From NCBI GenBank assembly GCA_037447605.1, contig CM074805.1, forward strand, positions 372,001 to 436,000: a stretch of 64,000 bases of DNA, given 5' to 3'. The position numbers and the translations under genes were made by a program. Each line of letters begins with the position of its first letter. Within the stretch, counting starts at the first letter, position 1. The notes beneath the pieces are model-generated. The model saw only the letters and a list, made by a program, of their open reading frames with translations. It had not been told where the DNA came from and searched no databases. The stretch is from Zygnema circumcarinatum SAG 698-1b (lineage: Eukaryota; Plantae; Zygnematophyceae). This document shows, in pieces, positions 1 through 27,400 of this stretch.

Positions 1-116
<116 letters not shown>

Positions 117-363
117 ATCTTTGTCTCTCTCTCGCTGCGAGCACTTTCTCCAACTCCCTAGTTCTTTGTCGCGTTTCTCTCCACTTGCTTGCATTGTTCG
201 CCTTTCCCCCCTTGTCCTTTTTCCGTAATGCGAGCAACAAACCGAGCGAGGTAAGAGAATCTCTCGATTCAAGAACCTCTCTCTTCCCCCCTTTCTCTTT
301 CTTGAACCCCCTCTCCTTGGATGCTTGAATTGACCAAAATTGCCTGCCTAACCCTGCTTTCAG

Positions 364-1949
364 GGCTGTCACTTCTGCGGGCTCCTCGGAATTGATCGCT
401 GTATCTTCACTCATCACATACGACATTTATCGAACTTATATTAATCCGAAAGCTACGGGAAGACAAATTCTGAATGTGTCTAGGATCATCGTCTTTCTAT
501 TTGGCTGCTTTATGGGCGTCCTGGCGGCCATTTTGTATAGAGCAGGCATCTCTCTCGGATGGGTTTTTGTAACCATGGGAGTACTCATTAGCAGCGCAGT
601 CGTCCCCATCGCATTTCTCCTCCTATGGCGGAAGGCGAATGCAACAGGCGCCATATTGGGAGCCATTATTGGCATGATTGGAGGTAGGTTGGTTTCAATG
701 AGAACTGCCCTCTCTGAAAAAGAAAACAAATAAAACAATATTAAACCTATGATCGATGCAAGAAAGCATCAAACACGAGATGAAAATAGACAAGGAATTT
801 CTGAAGTTTGGAGATTTTTTTATGCTTGATATAATAGGAAGGTTTGGGGTCCTGAGTGGTGCAGGAATCATCACATGGTTGGGCACCACCGCTGTCGAAT
901 ATGGACGGATCAATTTGGACACAACAGGAAGGAACGCTCCAACTCTGGCCGGAAATCTCGTGTCGATTTGTCTCGGAGGCGCAATTCATACTGCTTTCAG
1001 GTGCTCTCCCTCTCCGGGCTCTCCTCCCCCTCGCCTTCCCTCTCCCCCAAGTTTTCTATCCCTTTCCGCCTACTCCCTCCTCTATCCCTCCCCCCTTTCT
1101 CTCCCCTCCACCTCCTCTGTTCCCTCACTTTCTTTCCCCTTCCTCTACACCCCCTCCCCTTCCTCTCTCCCCCTCCCTCTTTCTCTCTCCCCCTTTTTCT
1201 CACGCTCTCCTTCACCCTACTCCCTCCGCCTCCTTCCCCCCTTTCTCTCCCTCTTCCTCTCCCCTTCCCTCTCCTCCCTTCCTCTTCTTCCTCCTCCCAC
1301 GCTTTCCTGTGGCAAGGAAGGACCCATTCATTGCAGACTTCAAGATAGGAAGGCAACAAAGAGAAGCAGCAGCTCCCAACCCTAAACTCTCTGTCCTTGC
1401 CTCTTCATTCTCTTCCTCTCTCGTCCTCCTCATGTCCTGCTCAGCTTGATATGGCCCGACAACTTCGACTGGATGTCCACAAAAAAGATTGAAGTCGTCG
1501 AAAAGGATGCTCCCAACCTCGACTTGGAAGAATTCAGCGAAGAAAAGCTGTTTCAAGCGAAGCTGTGGATCACAAAATACGGCCTCTCGGTGGCGGTCCT
1601 CCTCATCCTTGTGTGGCCCCTCCTTGCCCTCCCTGCGGGAGTCTTTTCTGAGGGATACTTCACTTTTTGGGCCGTAATTTCGATCGTATGGGGACTGATA
1701 GGCTCCGCCGTCATCATTTTGCTTCCCTTAATCGAAAACAGGGAGACCATTTATCTTATTTTGGAGGGCATTTCATCAAAGGAATCAGGAGTGTTAGCGG
1801 TGGATCTTATTCCAGCCGATACCTCTGGTCGAAAGGACGGCGAGTTCGCGGAAGGAGTCATCCGCCATGGCGAAGGAGAAGCCGAGAGCATATATGACGC
1901 GGGGTCTCCCCTGAAAGAAACAACGGGGACTGCTGGGACTCAGGCTTAG
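364..1949 (+). CDS. DUR3: Urea-proton symporter DUR3 (SSS family), 3' part; gene starts upstream of window
   Basis: Exons ~364-684 ([32 protein letters not shown]...), ~865-1000 (GIITWLGTT...[14 protein letters not shown]), ~1445-1949 (LIWPDNFDW...[20 protein letters not shown]..., TAG). GT-AG junctions keep the frame; motifs match plant DUR3. Confidence 0.93.
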
Positions 1950-2515
1950 CTCGACTTTATCGAGGGGGATGACACTATCAAGGGCACCTTCAAAGCCTTA
2001 AAATCTGCAATTACTTACCTGAAATGGTTACACTCTCTCACTCTCCCTCTATCTCTCTCTCCCTCTCCCTCTCTCACTCCCTTTTCCTCCAACCCTACAA
2101 CACGTTATGCATATATCTTGATTAGTACAATTTTAGCTCATTTACTTTGGTTTTTATAATTAACTCTCTCCCTCGTTGAAGAGAATGGGGCAGCAGATGA
2201 AGTGACTATAAGTTATGGAAAGGGTTCGGAAAGCAGAGACGTGGAGCGCTTGCTTGCAATGCGGTCGGAGGTAGAGAAAGAGAGATGTATAGCTTTGTCA
2301 GAAAAAGTGTATGCATGGAACAGGGATTTCAGTATACAGATTTGACCTCATGGAGGGGATAAGAGAATAGTGATCTGCGCCAATAAAGCCGGCCTTGAAG
2401 GGAGATTGTGTCTGTAACTTACTGGACGGAAGGACGGAAGCGCCTCCCTCGCTTTGCCTACGTAAAAGGTCTTCTTTTTAAAGGGCACTGAGCGTAAAGA
2501 TGCTTGTTTGGGCTA

Positions 2516-2636
2516 TGGATGGATGGATGGATGGATGGATGGATGGATGGATCGATGGATGGATCGATGGATGGATCGATGGATGGATCGATGGATGGAT
2601 CGATGGATGGATCGATGGATGGATCGATGGATGGAT
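2516..2636. repeat. (GGAT)n / (GGATCGATGGAT)n micro/minisatellite
   Basis: Visible tandem 4-bp and 12-bp units. Confidence 0.9.
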
Positions 2637-2899
2637 CTCTCCCACAGCATGCATATGCATGCAAATGGGTCGGCATCGCATCCCATGTGTCCAACGCATC
2701 CCAAGCATCACTATGCAGAGTATGTCATCGATGCAACATCACTCCATCGCCCCCAACATCACTAGTGCAGCATCGTCAGGTGTGACTTTAACAGGAGTCA
2801 TTCGATAAAGTACGTTTCGTGAAACGTCACGGTAGAAAAAATTCAGCGAGGAAAAAGTTTACCGAGGATCGAGGTCAGAGTACGCCAAATCCAACCTAC

Positions 2900-3210
2900 C
2901 AACGTGTCACACATTGGAATCCGACGTGGCGAAGCGGCCAAATCCCAACCAGTCAGGCTAGTCCGAACAGCTAACGTCATACAGATTTTACTACCACGTG
3001 GCACATTTATTCTACGTGGCACACTTACATTGGTACATGTGTCAGACATACGACCAAACGGATCCTCCGTATGATATCGTACGGTTCCTCCCAGAAAATC
3101 GTCGCCAGCACTTCATGCCACGTGGCGACTGATCCGTTTTCATTTCAGGTATCGGCCAATCAAAACCGTCCCCGTCAGCATTATTTACCACGTGGCGATC
3201 TTTGATTGGA
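2900..3210 (+). promoter_or_regulatory. G-box/ABRE plus CCAAT cluster upstream of AlaRS
   Basis: ACGTGGC at ~2923, 2996, 3014, 3120 and 3190; two have ATTGG exactly 8 nt downstream. Confidence 0.55.
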
Positions 3211-4171
3211 TCACGCGCCCCTTGGGTACCCTTCAACGGATAGTCCGTCCAGGAGCAGAGCAGGGCCTGCAGGAGAGGTAGGGAGGGAGGGTTCAGGGCC
3301 GCTTGCTGTGCGGGAGGCTGGCTGTAGGGATTTGGGGGTTTAGGGTTTTGGGGTTTAGGGTTTAGGGTTCAGGGCGACAGAGAGGAGGCGGGAGTGGGGG
3401 ACTCTTCAGCGACCTCTATCTTTTTTAGAGGGTTTTTGCGTTTTATTTGGAGGAATAGGGAGGCGGAAAGGTGAGAGAGGAAGGATTTTGAGGGAATTAG
3501 GGTTTTGGAAGATGCAGGGTTTTGAATGTTGGATGAAGTAGAGGTTGGGTTTTGGCAGATCGTGGTCTGAAACGGCGAGTTGGTTTTTGTATCGAGGCGT
3601 TGGATTTTTAGGGCTTGCAGTGTTCGGCTAGAAATACTGCGCAGGGGTCTTCTCTCTCTCTCTCTCCCCCACTCTCTCTCCCTCTCTCGCTCTCCCCCCC
3701 TCTATCTTTCTCTTCCCCCCCACTCTCTCCCCCCCTCTCTCTCTCCCCACCTCTATCTCTCTTTCTCCCCCCCCTCTCTCTCCCTCTCTCTCTCTTCTCC
3801 CAACTCTCTCTCTCCCCTCTCTCTCTCTCCTCCTCCTCTCTCTCTCTCTCCCCCTCTCCCACTCTCTCTCCCTGTTGCTTTCATTGTCCCCCCGTCCCTC
3901 CCGTCCCTCGCCCCCTGTTCCTACTCTTTCTCTCTATGCTGCCTTCATTTCTCTCCTCTTCCTCTCCTCCCTTTCCTCTGTTCTGCAACCTTCATTCACT
4001 GTTCTCTTTTCTCTCGTCTCTCTACTCTACACCTTAATAACTCTCCTCTCTTTTTTTCTCCTTCCCCTCCTCTCTCTGACTCTCTCTCTCTCCCTCCTCC
4101 TCCCTCCATGCCCTCCCTTACCCTTCCTGCAGCAGGAGAAGGAGGGAAGTACAACAAAAGGGGAGGACGAG

Positions 4172-13498
<9,327 letters not shown>

Positions 13499-14312
13499 CC
13501 TTGAGACCTTTTGTTGCTGATATTTTTTTTTAAAATCCTTTAAAATCTGGTGTGCAGTTATTGTTTAAACCTCGGTTTGTTCCCAGCTATGACATTGACC
13601 CGTTTGTATACTGGAAAGGTGTGCCCCTATTATCCATTGAAATGGTGCACCCTTAAGGTCCATTCGAAAGATGTGCTCCTATTGCCTGTGAACTATTTGC
13701 TTTGGATGAGGACCCAATATGTACATACATTGAAGGGGAGCCTCCATTTAATATTGGTTCTCCGTGAGAAACAAACGAAAATACGTAATAAGAGGTCACA
13801 AGAGGTCAACCTACTGACGATTGCCTGACGTTCAGCGTTTAAAATGCAGTAGGCTTGTGATTTATGGTTTGTAATTCATCATTTGTGGAAGGTTAAGCGG
13901 CCGTGTAGTCATGTGCCTTCGCACATGACAAGAGTCTGCTGCCTTTAGTCGCCACATGGCATGCCATGTAACGTAGGGTAAAGCATTATTGCATCCCCAG
14001 AAGAAAGCTTCAAGATGATAACCTCAATTTCAACAACCCCATACCCGTGATGCGACTTTTCGATTGTGGCTCCTCCTCACTTGCTTTTCACCCAAAACCG
14101 ATCATCGTCATCGCAACATCACAACACCATAACATTATCATCATGTCATCCAAAACAGGCTCCGTATGAACACTTTGCGACCTTTTTGACAAGTGATTTG
14201 CTTCCGAAGAGATAATAAGACAAAATATGACGAGATAAGAAATTCCACTCTGGGCCTTCTAGACGCCTTCTTTCAACAGTGGGGCCCCTCGTCCTATTCC
14301 GCTTCCCCCACT

Positions 14313-17300
14313 TTACTTGGGAGCACCAGCAGGCGCAGGCGCCCCAGGTCGCGCTCCCGGCTTCTCTCCAGGCCTCGTCTTGTCGTCCTGCTCGGGAGGG
14401 GAGGGGAGGGGAGAGAGAAAGAGAGGAGAGAACGAGAGAAGAGAACGAGAGGAGAGAACACGAGGAACAAAGAGAGAGAGAGTGTGTGTGTGTGTGAGAG
14501 AGAGAGAGGAAGGGGGAGAGAGAGAGAAAGAGTGGGGGGGGGAAAGGACAGGTATGAGATTGAATGGACAAAACATGTATACATTCCAGTAATCAACACA
14601 TACGAACATAAGTTAAAAAAGTACACTGCCTGATATTTCCGTGTGAGAGGGTTTAGGGAGGGAGGGGGAGAGACGGAGACGAAAGAATGGGACCATGAGT
14701 AAAATGAACAGGAGCTCATATCTGACTGCAATCTCCCTTCACCATTCTCAGAGCAGAGACGAACATCACAGATTCCAGACAGATGAAAACTCTTAGCCCT
14801 ACGGCACGCACTCTGACATAACCTGTGAGCTCATAAACCACATGATGAACAATTCTAGAGAGTAAGAAGAAGAGCTCAATGATGAATGATATACATAAAG
14901 CAAAAACGAAACCCTAACTAGGAAATAGGCTTAGAGCACTACTACAGCACCGTATACGCATTCCGAAAAACTTGAGCCAGGTTACGAAAGCACGGAAAGC
15001 CCCACAATCGCATAAAGGGAGTTTCTAGAGTTTGCAGGTCCTCGAGTTTGCTGGGTTCGCTGAAACTTCGCATAGGACCAGCTTTTAGCGCCTTTGCGGA
15101 CATTAGGGTTTGAAGAAGGCTCGAAAACTTGGGGTTGGGAATTTAGGGCTTGCAGCTTACCTTGCGCACAAAGCGCTTGGGAGGCTCCCGAATGCGGCGA
15201 GCTTCCCGGGAACGAACGCGCACCACATGGGAGTGAATGGCGCAGGAAATGCAGTACTGCATTTTCGCATAGAGCTTGGGGAGTACGTAGCCTACAGGCA
15301 GGGGAAGAAAAGGAATGAATGCATGAACATGCGAATGAAGGAATGAATTCAGATGAAACTTCAGGAAAAAGAAAGGAATTTTAATAAAGCACTGTTAGAA
15401 CAAACTTCTCGTGTGATATCATGCAAAAGGCGAATTGAAAATGAGAAGTTTGCATAAGACAGGTAGGAAGTCCATTTCCTTGCCCGAACTCTTCCCTTCC
15501 TCTCTCACTTTCTTGGAGAGAAAGATGAAGCCATCATAAAACTGATTGTCAGAAGCACCACATTATATTATATCCTTCTTTCTCTCCTCTCCCCTTCCAG
15601 TCCACTCTTCCCACTCCTCCCCTCCATTTCTTTCTCTCCCTCTCGCCCCATTTCGTCACCCTCCTCTCTCCCTTCCACCTCACCCTTCTCTCCCCTCCCC
15701 CATCCCCTCTGCCTCTTCCTGTCTCCCTCTTCTCTCCACCCCTCTCCTCTCCCTCGTTTCCCACCTTTCCGCCCCCTCCCTTACACTTCGACCCCTCTCC
15801 CTCCTTCCAAAGAACCAGATATTTTCACAACATCGCAACCCACCTTCATGGATGCAGGCCTCCTGCACATCACGCACTGCCGCCTGCTCCACAATGTTGC
15901 GGACCAAAAACCTCTTCACAGCCTTATCCTGCAAAAATCAACCAGCCCCAACAGGAAAGAAACAGGAAAAAAAAAGGGAAGAAAATACTACAAGGTCAGT
16001 CCAAACCTGCCCAAGATTTATCATCGCAGAAATAGTCACAGTAGGAGGAACAAACGACAATTTTCTGGCAGAAATGCTGGCGACAACCACAACCCTAGGA
16101 TGATGGGAGGGAACTCAGAAAACTTCGTGGCAAGTAGCACATACCCAACATTTTAGGGTTCCGAACATGCAAGAAACTGCTTTCTCTGTCTATGGGGCTC
16201 AGGTTAATGTTTTGATTTAACCTTGGGCACGCAACGCCCGCAGTTGGAGCAGCGGATGGGGTTGACGTGGCCGCGCCCATGCTTGTTGCGGCCTCCAGAA
16301 CGGCGCTTCACTGTCTGCAGTAACCGTAAACGGGTATCCATGAGACGCTCTCCGTTCCATTGGGAGGGGCGGAAAGAGTGGAGAAGGAAGGAGGTTGGTG
16401 AGGAAAGAGAGTCGGAAAGCATGCGACGAGAGCTGGTGTGAGAACAAGCGAGGCTGGAGTGGGGAAGGGGGGGAGGGAGAGAGAGATGGAGGGGGGGGGG
16501 GAGAGGAATTGAGGGATTTTTGTTACATATGGGTTGCGATGCGTGTACGTGAGAGTGACGAGGGACGAGTAGAGGAGGTAGGGGTAGGGGAGTAAGGCAT
16601 GTGGGCGAAGAAAAATGGGGGTAGAGGAGGAGGGGAGATGGAGCGGGAGTGAGCAGCTGGTTGACCTAGATTTGTTGGTCAGTTTTCTTTTAACATGCTT
16701 TGGAGAATTAGGGTTTCGGGGTTTGAATAATTTAATGATGAGTGAGTAGAGGAGGTTTCATAGGGACGAGGACTGGATCAAATAGAGTACCAGAGGGGTG
16801 AGGTGGGTTTGGGAAGTGGGTGGAGGATCGAGGGAGAGAGAGAGAGAGGAGGGACGAGAGAGGGAGAGAGGGAACAGGAGAGCGAGGCAGGAGGAGAGAA
16901 AGGAAAGAAGGAAAGACAGAAAGAGACGTAGGAGAGAGAACGATGAGGCAGGGAAAAGGCGGGGGAGTGGGGGTGAAGGCACAGAACGAAATCATTACGA
17001 AGTAAGAGCAGGAAAAAAGACAAAGTCGCGGCAATTCAGAGAGTGGGAGAGGGGGAGAGGGAGAGCGGGAGAAAGGGAGAACGAGGGAGAAATTACAGCA
17101 GAAAATAGCGAAAAGGTGAGGCTAGGCAGCGGAGTGCCAGCAAACAGAGCTAGAGGGATGAGCCGGACATAGAAAAAGAATAAGTGCGAGAGGGGGAGGG
17201 CGCAGGCATAGGGCAGGACGCTACGACGAGAAGGAGAAGAGAACGGATGAAAATTAGGGCAGAGGGAATAGAAGCAGAGAGGCACAAGGCAAGAGAGCGA

Positions 17301-17366
17301 GAGGGAGTAGTGAGACGAAAGGAGAGAATGGACGAGAGTGACGAGGTGCGGAGAGACGAGGTAGAG

Positions 17367-17422
<56 letters not shown>

Positions 17423-17498
17423 AACGAGAGAGCGAGAGAGAAGGCACAGAAAGCGAGAGCGGGAGAGAGTGGGAGAGAGCAAGAGAGATGCGCACCAT
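14313..17498 (-). CDS. RPS26: 40S ribosomal protein S26 (eS26), 5 coding exons
   Basis: ATG-only first coding exon (17496-17498, followed by GT); [31 protein letters not shown] (~16315-16222); [25 protein letters not shown] (~15928-15844); [37 protein letters not shown] (~15292-15161); tail ...[11 protein letters not shown] ending 14313. Confidence 0.97.
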
Positions 17499-17551
17499 GG
17501 CTGCGGAGCAGGAGCAGCGCTGTGAGAGAGTCGGCGGGGGCGGCAGCGACC

Positions 17552-17611
17552 GAGAGAGGGCCACCCCCAGGCCCCGCGGGTCACTTTATAGGGCTCGCCT
17601 TCAAACCCTAA
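17552..17611 (-). promoter_or_regulatory. RPS26 core promoter: TATA box, telo-box and 5'TOP-like pyrimidine tract
   Basis: Minus-strand TATAAA at 17585-17590; AAACCCTAA at 17603-17611; CCCTCTCTC ~25-33 nt downstream of TATA. Confidence 0.6.
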
Positions 17612-17855
17612 TTTCTGAACCCTGGGATCCGAACCGGAGTAAATTTTTCTTCGCAGGGTTCAGGGTCCAGCTAGAGCCAAAATTTGTTGAGTTTGGGTCT
17701 TCATGCTTTTCGTCTCGTGGGGTGGTTTGGTACATCCCTTTCGTGTTTATGCGCTTCGTCCTATTCTTTTTGCCGAACGCAAAGGATGCGTCATTTGACC
17801 TCACGATGGCGATTTTTTTTGTTTAATTCTTTCATTTGTTCCTTCATATTTAAGG

Positions 17856-17958
17856 AAAGGGAAGTGCCATTGATCTCACGATGGCGAGGCCATCAAATGT
17901 CCATGGACAAAATCAACGTGGGGAACCACGAGGAACTGGTCGCAAAGGGCCTAAGCAA
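17856..17958. repeat. Dispersed ~105-bp element, copy A
   Basis: Closely similar to 36375-36484 (shared CATTGATCTCACGATGGCGA..GCCATCAA..CATGGACAAAATCA..GGGGAACCACGAGGAACTGGTC..AAGGGCC). Confidence 0.85.
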
Positions 17959-18580
17959 ATAATTCAGTTGTTTGGTTTACTGCTTCGTATGGTTTTTCAG
18001 CGTCTGGCTCATGACCCGTTCTGTTATATGGTTCCATCTTTTTTAGTTTTTTGTAATGTCTCCTTAATAAATTGTTTTGCCTTTACCATGTGTACTTTAC
18101 TTTGTAGTTTGAAAGTACAGTACACATTCCAATTACGAAAGTTTCTATGGCCTTCCTTTGTACCGGCCACTGAGGGACTCGCTCTTAGCTTTTGTCTTAC
18201 GGGTAATAAGAATCTGTACTGTTTTCCAGGAACCATTCACTTGGAAATCTATGCAATGCCATCTGGCATGTGTCCGTATAGCGGTACATTGTGCCTGTAT
18301 TTCTGGCATTTTTTGGCACATTTTTTGTGTTTTCCATGTATTCATAGTTCACTTACACAGATTTTGTGATGAACGTCACAATTTAAGAGCCAGCGCTCAG
18401 AACAAAAGTTAATACCGGACACAGGGAACGCCCGGGACGCCTAATCCAATTCGTAAACACGGCTCTCAACCGACGTCAACCTCAGTTTGCCGAGTTTGAT
18501 AGTATAGAAAAGTGAGTTGAACACTATTAAATTAGAAACATGAAACTAACCCTAGTCAACAATCACGCATGGAGCGTCTC

Positions 18581-22993
<4,413 letters not shown>

Positions 22994-23591
22994 GGCTTGT
23001 GATGCGCCCTGCAATCCCTTTCTCTCTCAAGCAGCTGCCCTCCTCTCCTGCAACTGCACCTCCTCTCCCTCCTCTGTCTTCCTGCAAGAGATATCTGTCC
23101 CTCACAAAGACCAAATCTCCCTCTCGTCCCTCTCAAAACCCTCAATAAACCTCCAGCGAACGCGACCAAACTATGACGACGACATCCGCGAATGACGATG
23201 CGCCACGTTCGCACACGTTTACACGTGGCGTGTCCCCATTGGCAGGAAATGCAGTCGAGGGGCATTATTGGCGCACTTTCTCCGCACGCGCCGGAATGCC
23301 AGCGCGACCGCTCGCGTGCTCGTCCGCCCTAGGGGTCATAACGTGGCGGCAGGGGACTGGATGGTCGCGGATGCTGATAGGTCGGTGCGGCCTCGTCGAA
23401 ACAGTTCCATTCTGTCTCGCTGCTGGGAATTACCGGAACTACACTTTTCTTACGCATTAGCATGGAAGCATTGTGTACGAATGTTGGTGAGCACGTGCCT
23501 GACACGCGCCGCAATTTCTCAAAGCGCCACGTGGGCATGCAGTGGGCGGACCGCGTCGCTGGCCTTGGGCCGGCCACATGCGCAGGAAGCG

Positions 23592-23696
23592 GTACGGACA
23601 TGGGTACAGTACGAACAGAGGTACGAAAATATGTACGAACGACACCATTGGCCAGTTTACAGTACAGTAGCAAGGGACGTGGTACGGTCGCTGTAC
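23592..23696. promoter_or_regulatory. GTAC cluster (SBP-box/CuRE core) in MDAR/PqaA divergent promoter
   Basis: 8 GTAC in ~105 bp. Confidence 0.45.
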
Positions 23697-23946
23697 AGCA
23701 GAATGATTCGCACTTCATTGTAAATTCGCGGCCATGCGGGATGGAATGGAAGGGCGGGCATGGCATGGCATGCACACGGGCAAGGGCACGGATGCATCCC
23801 CATGGGACATATTGCCCATGCCATGCATGCATGCCCATGATGTGCGCTCAAGCCATGCGGCCAAGGCATGCGCATGGCATCCAGCATGCCGCTCTCAGAG
23901 CTGCAGTAATGAAAAGGAAGCACTCTAGTTTTACCTATACAGTAAG

Positions 23947-24011
<65 letters not shown>

Positions 24012-24119
24012 GCACACAGACACACACACGAGCACACCCGCAGATATAAGCTGAGGAAGAAGTAGGATATGAGGGAGAAGACCCCTCTTTCTACGAGATT
24101 CAATTGCCATGGTTTTCGC

Positions 24120-24392
24120 ATGCTGCTGCTCCTGCAATCCCTCCTTTGGCAGCGATGGCTCCTCCTCGCCTCCGCAACAGGCCCTGCCGCCCGTGGCTCC
24201 TTCGCGCCCCCTCAGGCAGACGCCTTCAAGAGGACGCCTCTGGACGAGTACATGGCCAAGCACGATGTGCACTACCGGTGCGCGGCCAACCCCTTTTCCT
24301 TTGCTTTTTGGTGCCCTCGTTCCTCTGTTACCTCCGCCGCTTTCTTTTTTTCTCTCTCTCACTCTCTCTCTCTCTCTCTCTCTTTCTCTCTT

Positions 24393-24423
<31 letters not shown>

Positions 24424-27400
24424 TTCTCTCTCTTTCTTCCCCTCTCCCCCCCTCTCCCCCCCTCCCCCTNNNNNNNNNNCTCCCTCCCTCCCTCTTTCTC
24501 TCTCCCTCTCTCTCTCTCACTCTGAGAGTGTGGCTTGTCACTGGACTGTTTTTGGGACAGCTGGCATGATACTGGTCACCGAATGAAGGGCTGCCTGCCA
24601 GCTGGCACGTGGGAGGGAGCAGTGCTCAACTTCACAAGCCAGAAGTGGCTCACAGAGCATGACGTCAGCTGCTCTGTCTGGACACACAACATTGTCATTC
24701 TGGTAAGCTGGTTTGGGACCTTTTAGGGTTTCGCTCGTCCTTCCACTATTGGCAAACCTCTTGGCGAATGATGCCTTGGTTTATTCGTTGTTGGAATGCA
24801 GACCCCTCAAAAACTGGATTTTTCTTCTACGGGCTTTCTGGTGATTGGGGGAGGGTCAAACAGCGGCTCCCTCCCCTCACCCACTGATGAGCTTTTGCTC
24901 GTTGCTGCTGCGTAAGCTGCGATAACACCCAAGTTACAGTTTTTCGCCAATTGCGCTTAGATATTTCCAGGGTTTTTGGCTTCTTTTCTGGTCTATCTTG
25001 CTGCTGCCAACATGAATTGGGCATTATGAATTAGGGGCGTAAAAAGAAACTTTGTCATCTATTGTCATATAGCTTTCCCTCCCTTTTCTTTTTGAGATGT
25101 TTGACTGTGTTGTAAGGGGTGTCCAGGATAGCAGTGGAGACCCGCAGTGCAGCTGCTGTGCTCTACCAAGTGCCCAACCAGCCCTGCACCTTTACAAGCG
25201 ATGACTCCAACATGGACCGCCGAGAAGACGACATCATCGCATGTATGTATGGCCATGGGGGCATGACTCCACTCCATTCCTCATGGGCATGCATCCATCT
25301 CAAGTTCGCATGCATTATGTCCATGTTATGTATGTCCATGCATGCCATCCATCCGACATGACTTGCTTCCACCCTCATCATCCATCCCATGCGACATGCG
25401 CCCATGTGCATCATCATCCTAAACGACCATTTACCTCTTCAAATTCGGCAGAGTAACTATGATTATTGCATGACTGCAGTCACATGGCGCCATTTTGTGG
25501 ATGACGTGTCGCGTCATGATTGGCCGCTCCGTCTTCCTATGACAAAGGCGGCTGCACGAGCACTTGACACCTGGCAGGAATACAGCGCAAACACCCTTGG
25601 CATTCAGGTAGGTCCATTCTTTATCCCTTTATCTCTTTGCATAAGTGAAGGAACTTGTTCTTTGCCTAAGGGAAGCAGCTTTGTGCTGTTCGAGATTTCG
25701 AGATTTACATTAGGGTGAACTCAAATGAGCACTTAATGCTCTCTCTCGCAGGTGGAGAAGTTTGTCGTCTCTGGGGCAAGCAAGCGTGGCTGGACAGCTT
25801 GGACGTTGGCAGCTGTGGATAAGGTGAGAGAGAGAGCAAGGAGGGAGGGAGATGGGAAGGCAGAGAGAGTGGGAGAGGAAAGGGGTGGAGAGGCCTAGGT
25901 AATGGCGAGAGAACGGCAGCGGCGAAGTAATGGGAGGAGCGGAATAGGGAGGAGAGGGAATGGAAAGAGAGGGAGGGAGAGAGAGAAGAAGGATGATTTT
26001 CTATCAGCTGGTTAACATTCATCCTTAGAAATCCCTATAAAGGTAAGCAATGTAGAGAGGGAAAGGACAGAGGTGAGAAGAGCTCTCACTAGCAGTCAAT
26101 ATGCTGTTGGCCACAACAGTACTATAGTTACGGCACTGTATCTTTAACTGAATGAACGGAATAGGGCGTTCTATGTGCCATGCAGAGGGTAGTGGGCGTG
26201 ATTCCCATGGTGATGGATGCCCTAAATTTCCGTCCCAATCTGCATCACTATTTCCGGTCCCTTGGAGGATGGCCCTTCCCTTTTGGCCCTTACTACGATC
26301 TCAATCTGACGGCTCTCATGGACTCTCAGGGAATGGGGGCGCTCATGGTGGGCATTGCAGCTCGAGCCTAATTTTTTTAATCCTGGAACGTACAACCTTC
26401 TCATGAATGAAAAAATAAACATGAATCAATTACCTGCATCTAATATGAATCCGTTTCAAAGACAGAACTGAATCATGTATGTTGTATTGGTTTGCATGTT
26501 TTCATGGCTTCAAGATTGTTGTCGGAATAGTCCACTTACTCTTCGCCCTGAAAGTTAGGTTCACTTTCATGCTAGAAAGTCAACTTTTTGCCTTCAAAAA
26601 TCCGTTGGGGAATGTATCAGTATGCCTTAACTACTTACTTTCCTCCCCTCCCTCCTTCCTTTCCTCCCTCCCTCATCCCTTCCCTCCCTCCCTCCTCCCG
26701 TCCCTCCCTCCCTCCTCCCTTCCCTCCCCTCCCTCTTCCCTTCCCTCCCTCCCTCCTCCCTTCCCTCCCCTCCCTCCTCCCTTCCCTCCCTCCCTCCTTA
26801 TTTTTTTCCTTTCAAAAACAGGATATTGTCGACGCTTTCACATACACGAGTCGGCTCACAATGCCGAAGCTCATCGTGGTAGCATCCAACGACGAATTTT
26901 TCATGCCAGATGACAGGTACCTTTTCATTCTCTTTTTCTCCCTCTCTCTCTCGTTTCCTTTCCCTCTCTCTCTCTTTTTCTTTCTCTGTCTCTCTGTCTC
27001 TCTCTTTCTCTCATTCCCTTTTACCCTACATCTGTTCGTCCACCCCCTTTTTGTCTAATAGGAACGAGCTGTTTCAGCTCGATTTTAACTTACAAGAGAG
27101 AAGTTTTAGATTGGTTGAGGCTGTTTGAGTTGGTGGAGTTTCTGACGTGCCCATATCGTGGCAGCAAGTACTATTGGCACCACCTTGTGGGCGAAAAGCA
27201 CCTCTTAATTCTCGCCAATGCGGAGCACAGCCTCATCACAAGCCTGCCCAAGGTGGACCCATTTTTACCCCATACTTTTTTGGGTTTTTTTAATTTGATT
27301 AAAGAGTAAAGATTCTAAGCCTGCAATTCAAAAAGCCCAATAACAAATTGCACCAAAAACATGAAAATGTTCTAAATGTGCTTGAAGCACTTAATTCCAC

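Noticed and set aside
14390-16220. Intronic snoRNAs in RPS26
   Set aside because: The TGATGA/CTGA words I found are mostly on the antisense strand, with no convincing C/D pair plus terminal stem on the transcribed strand.
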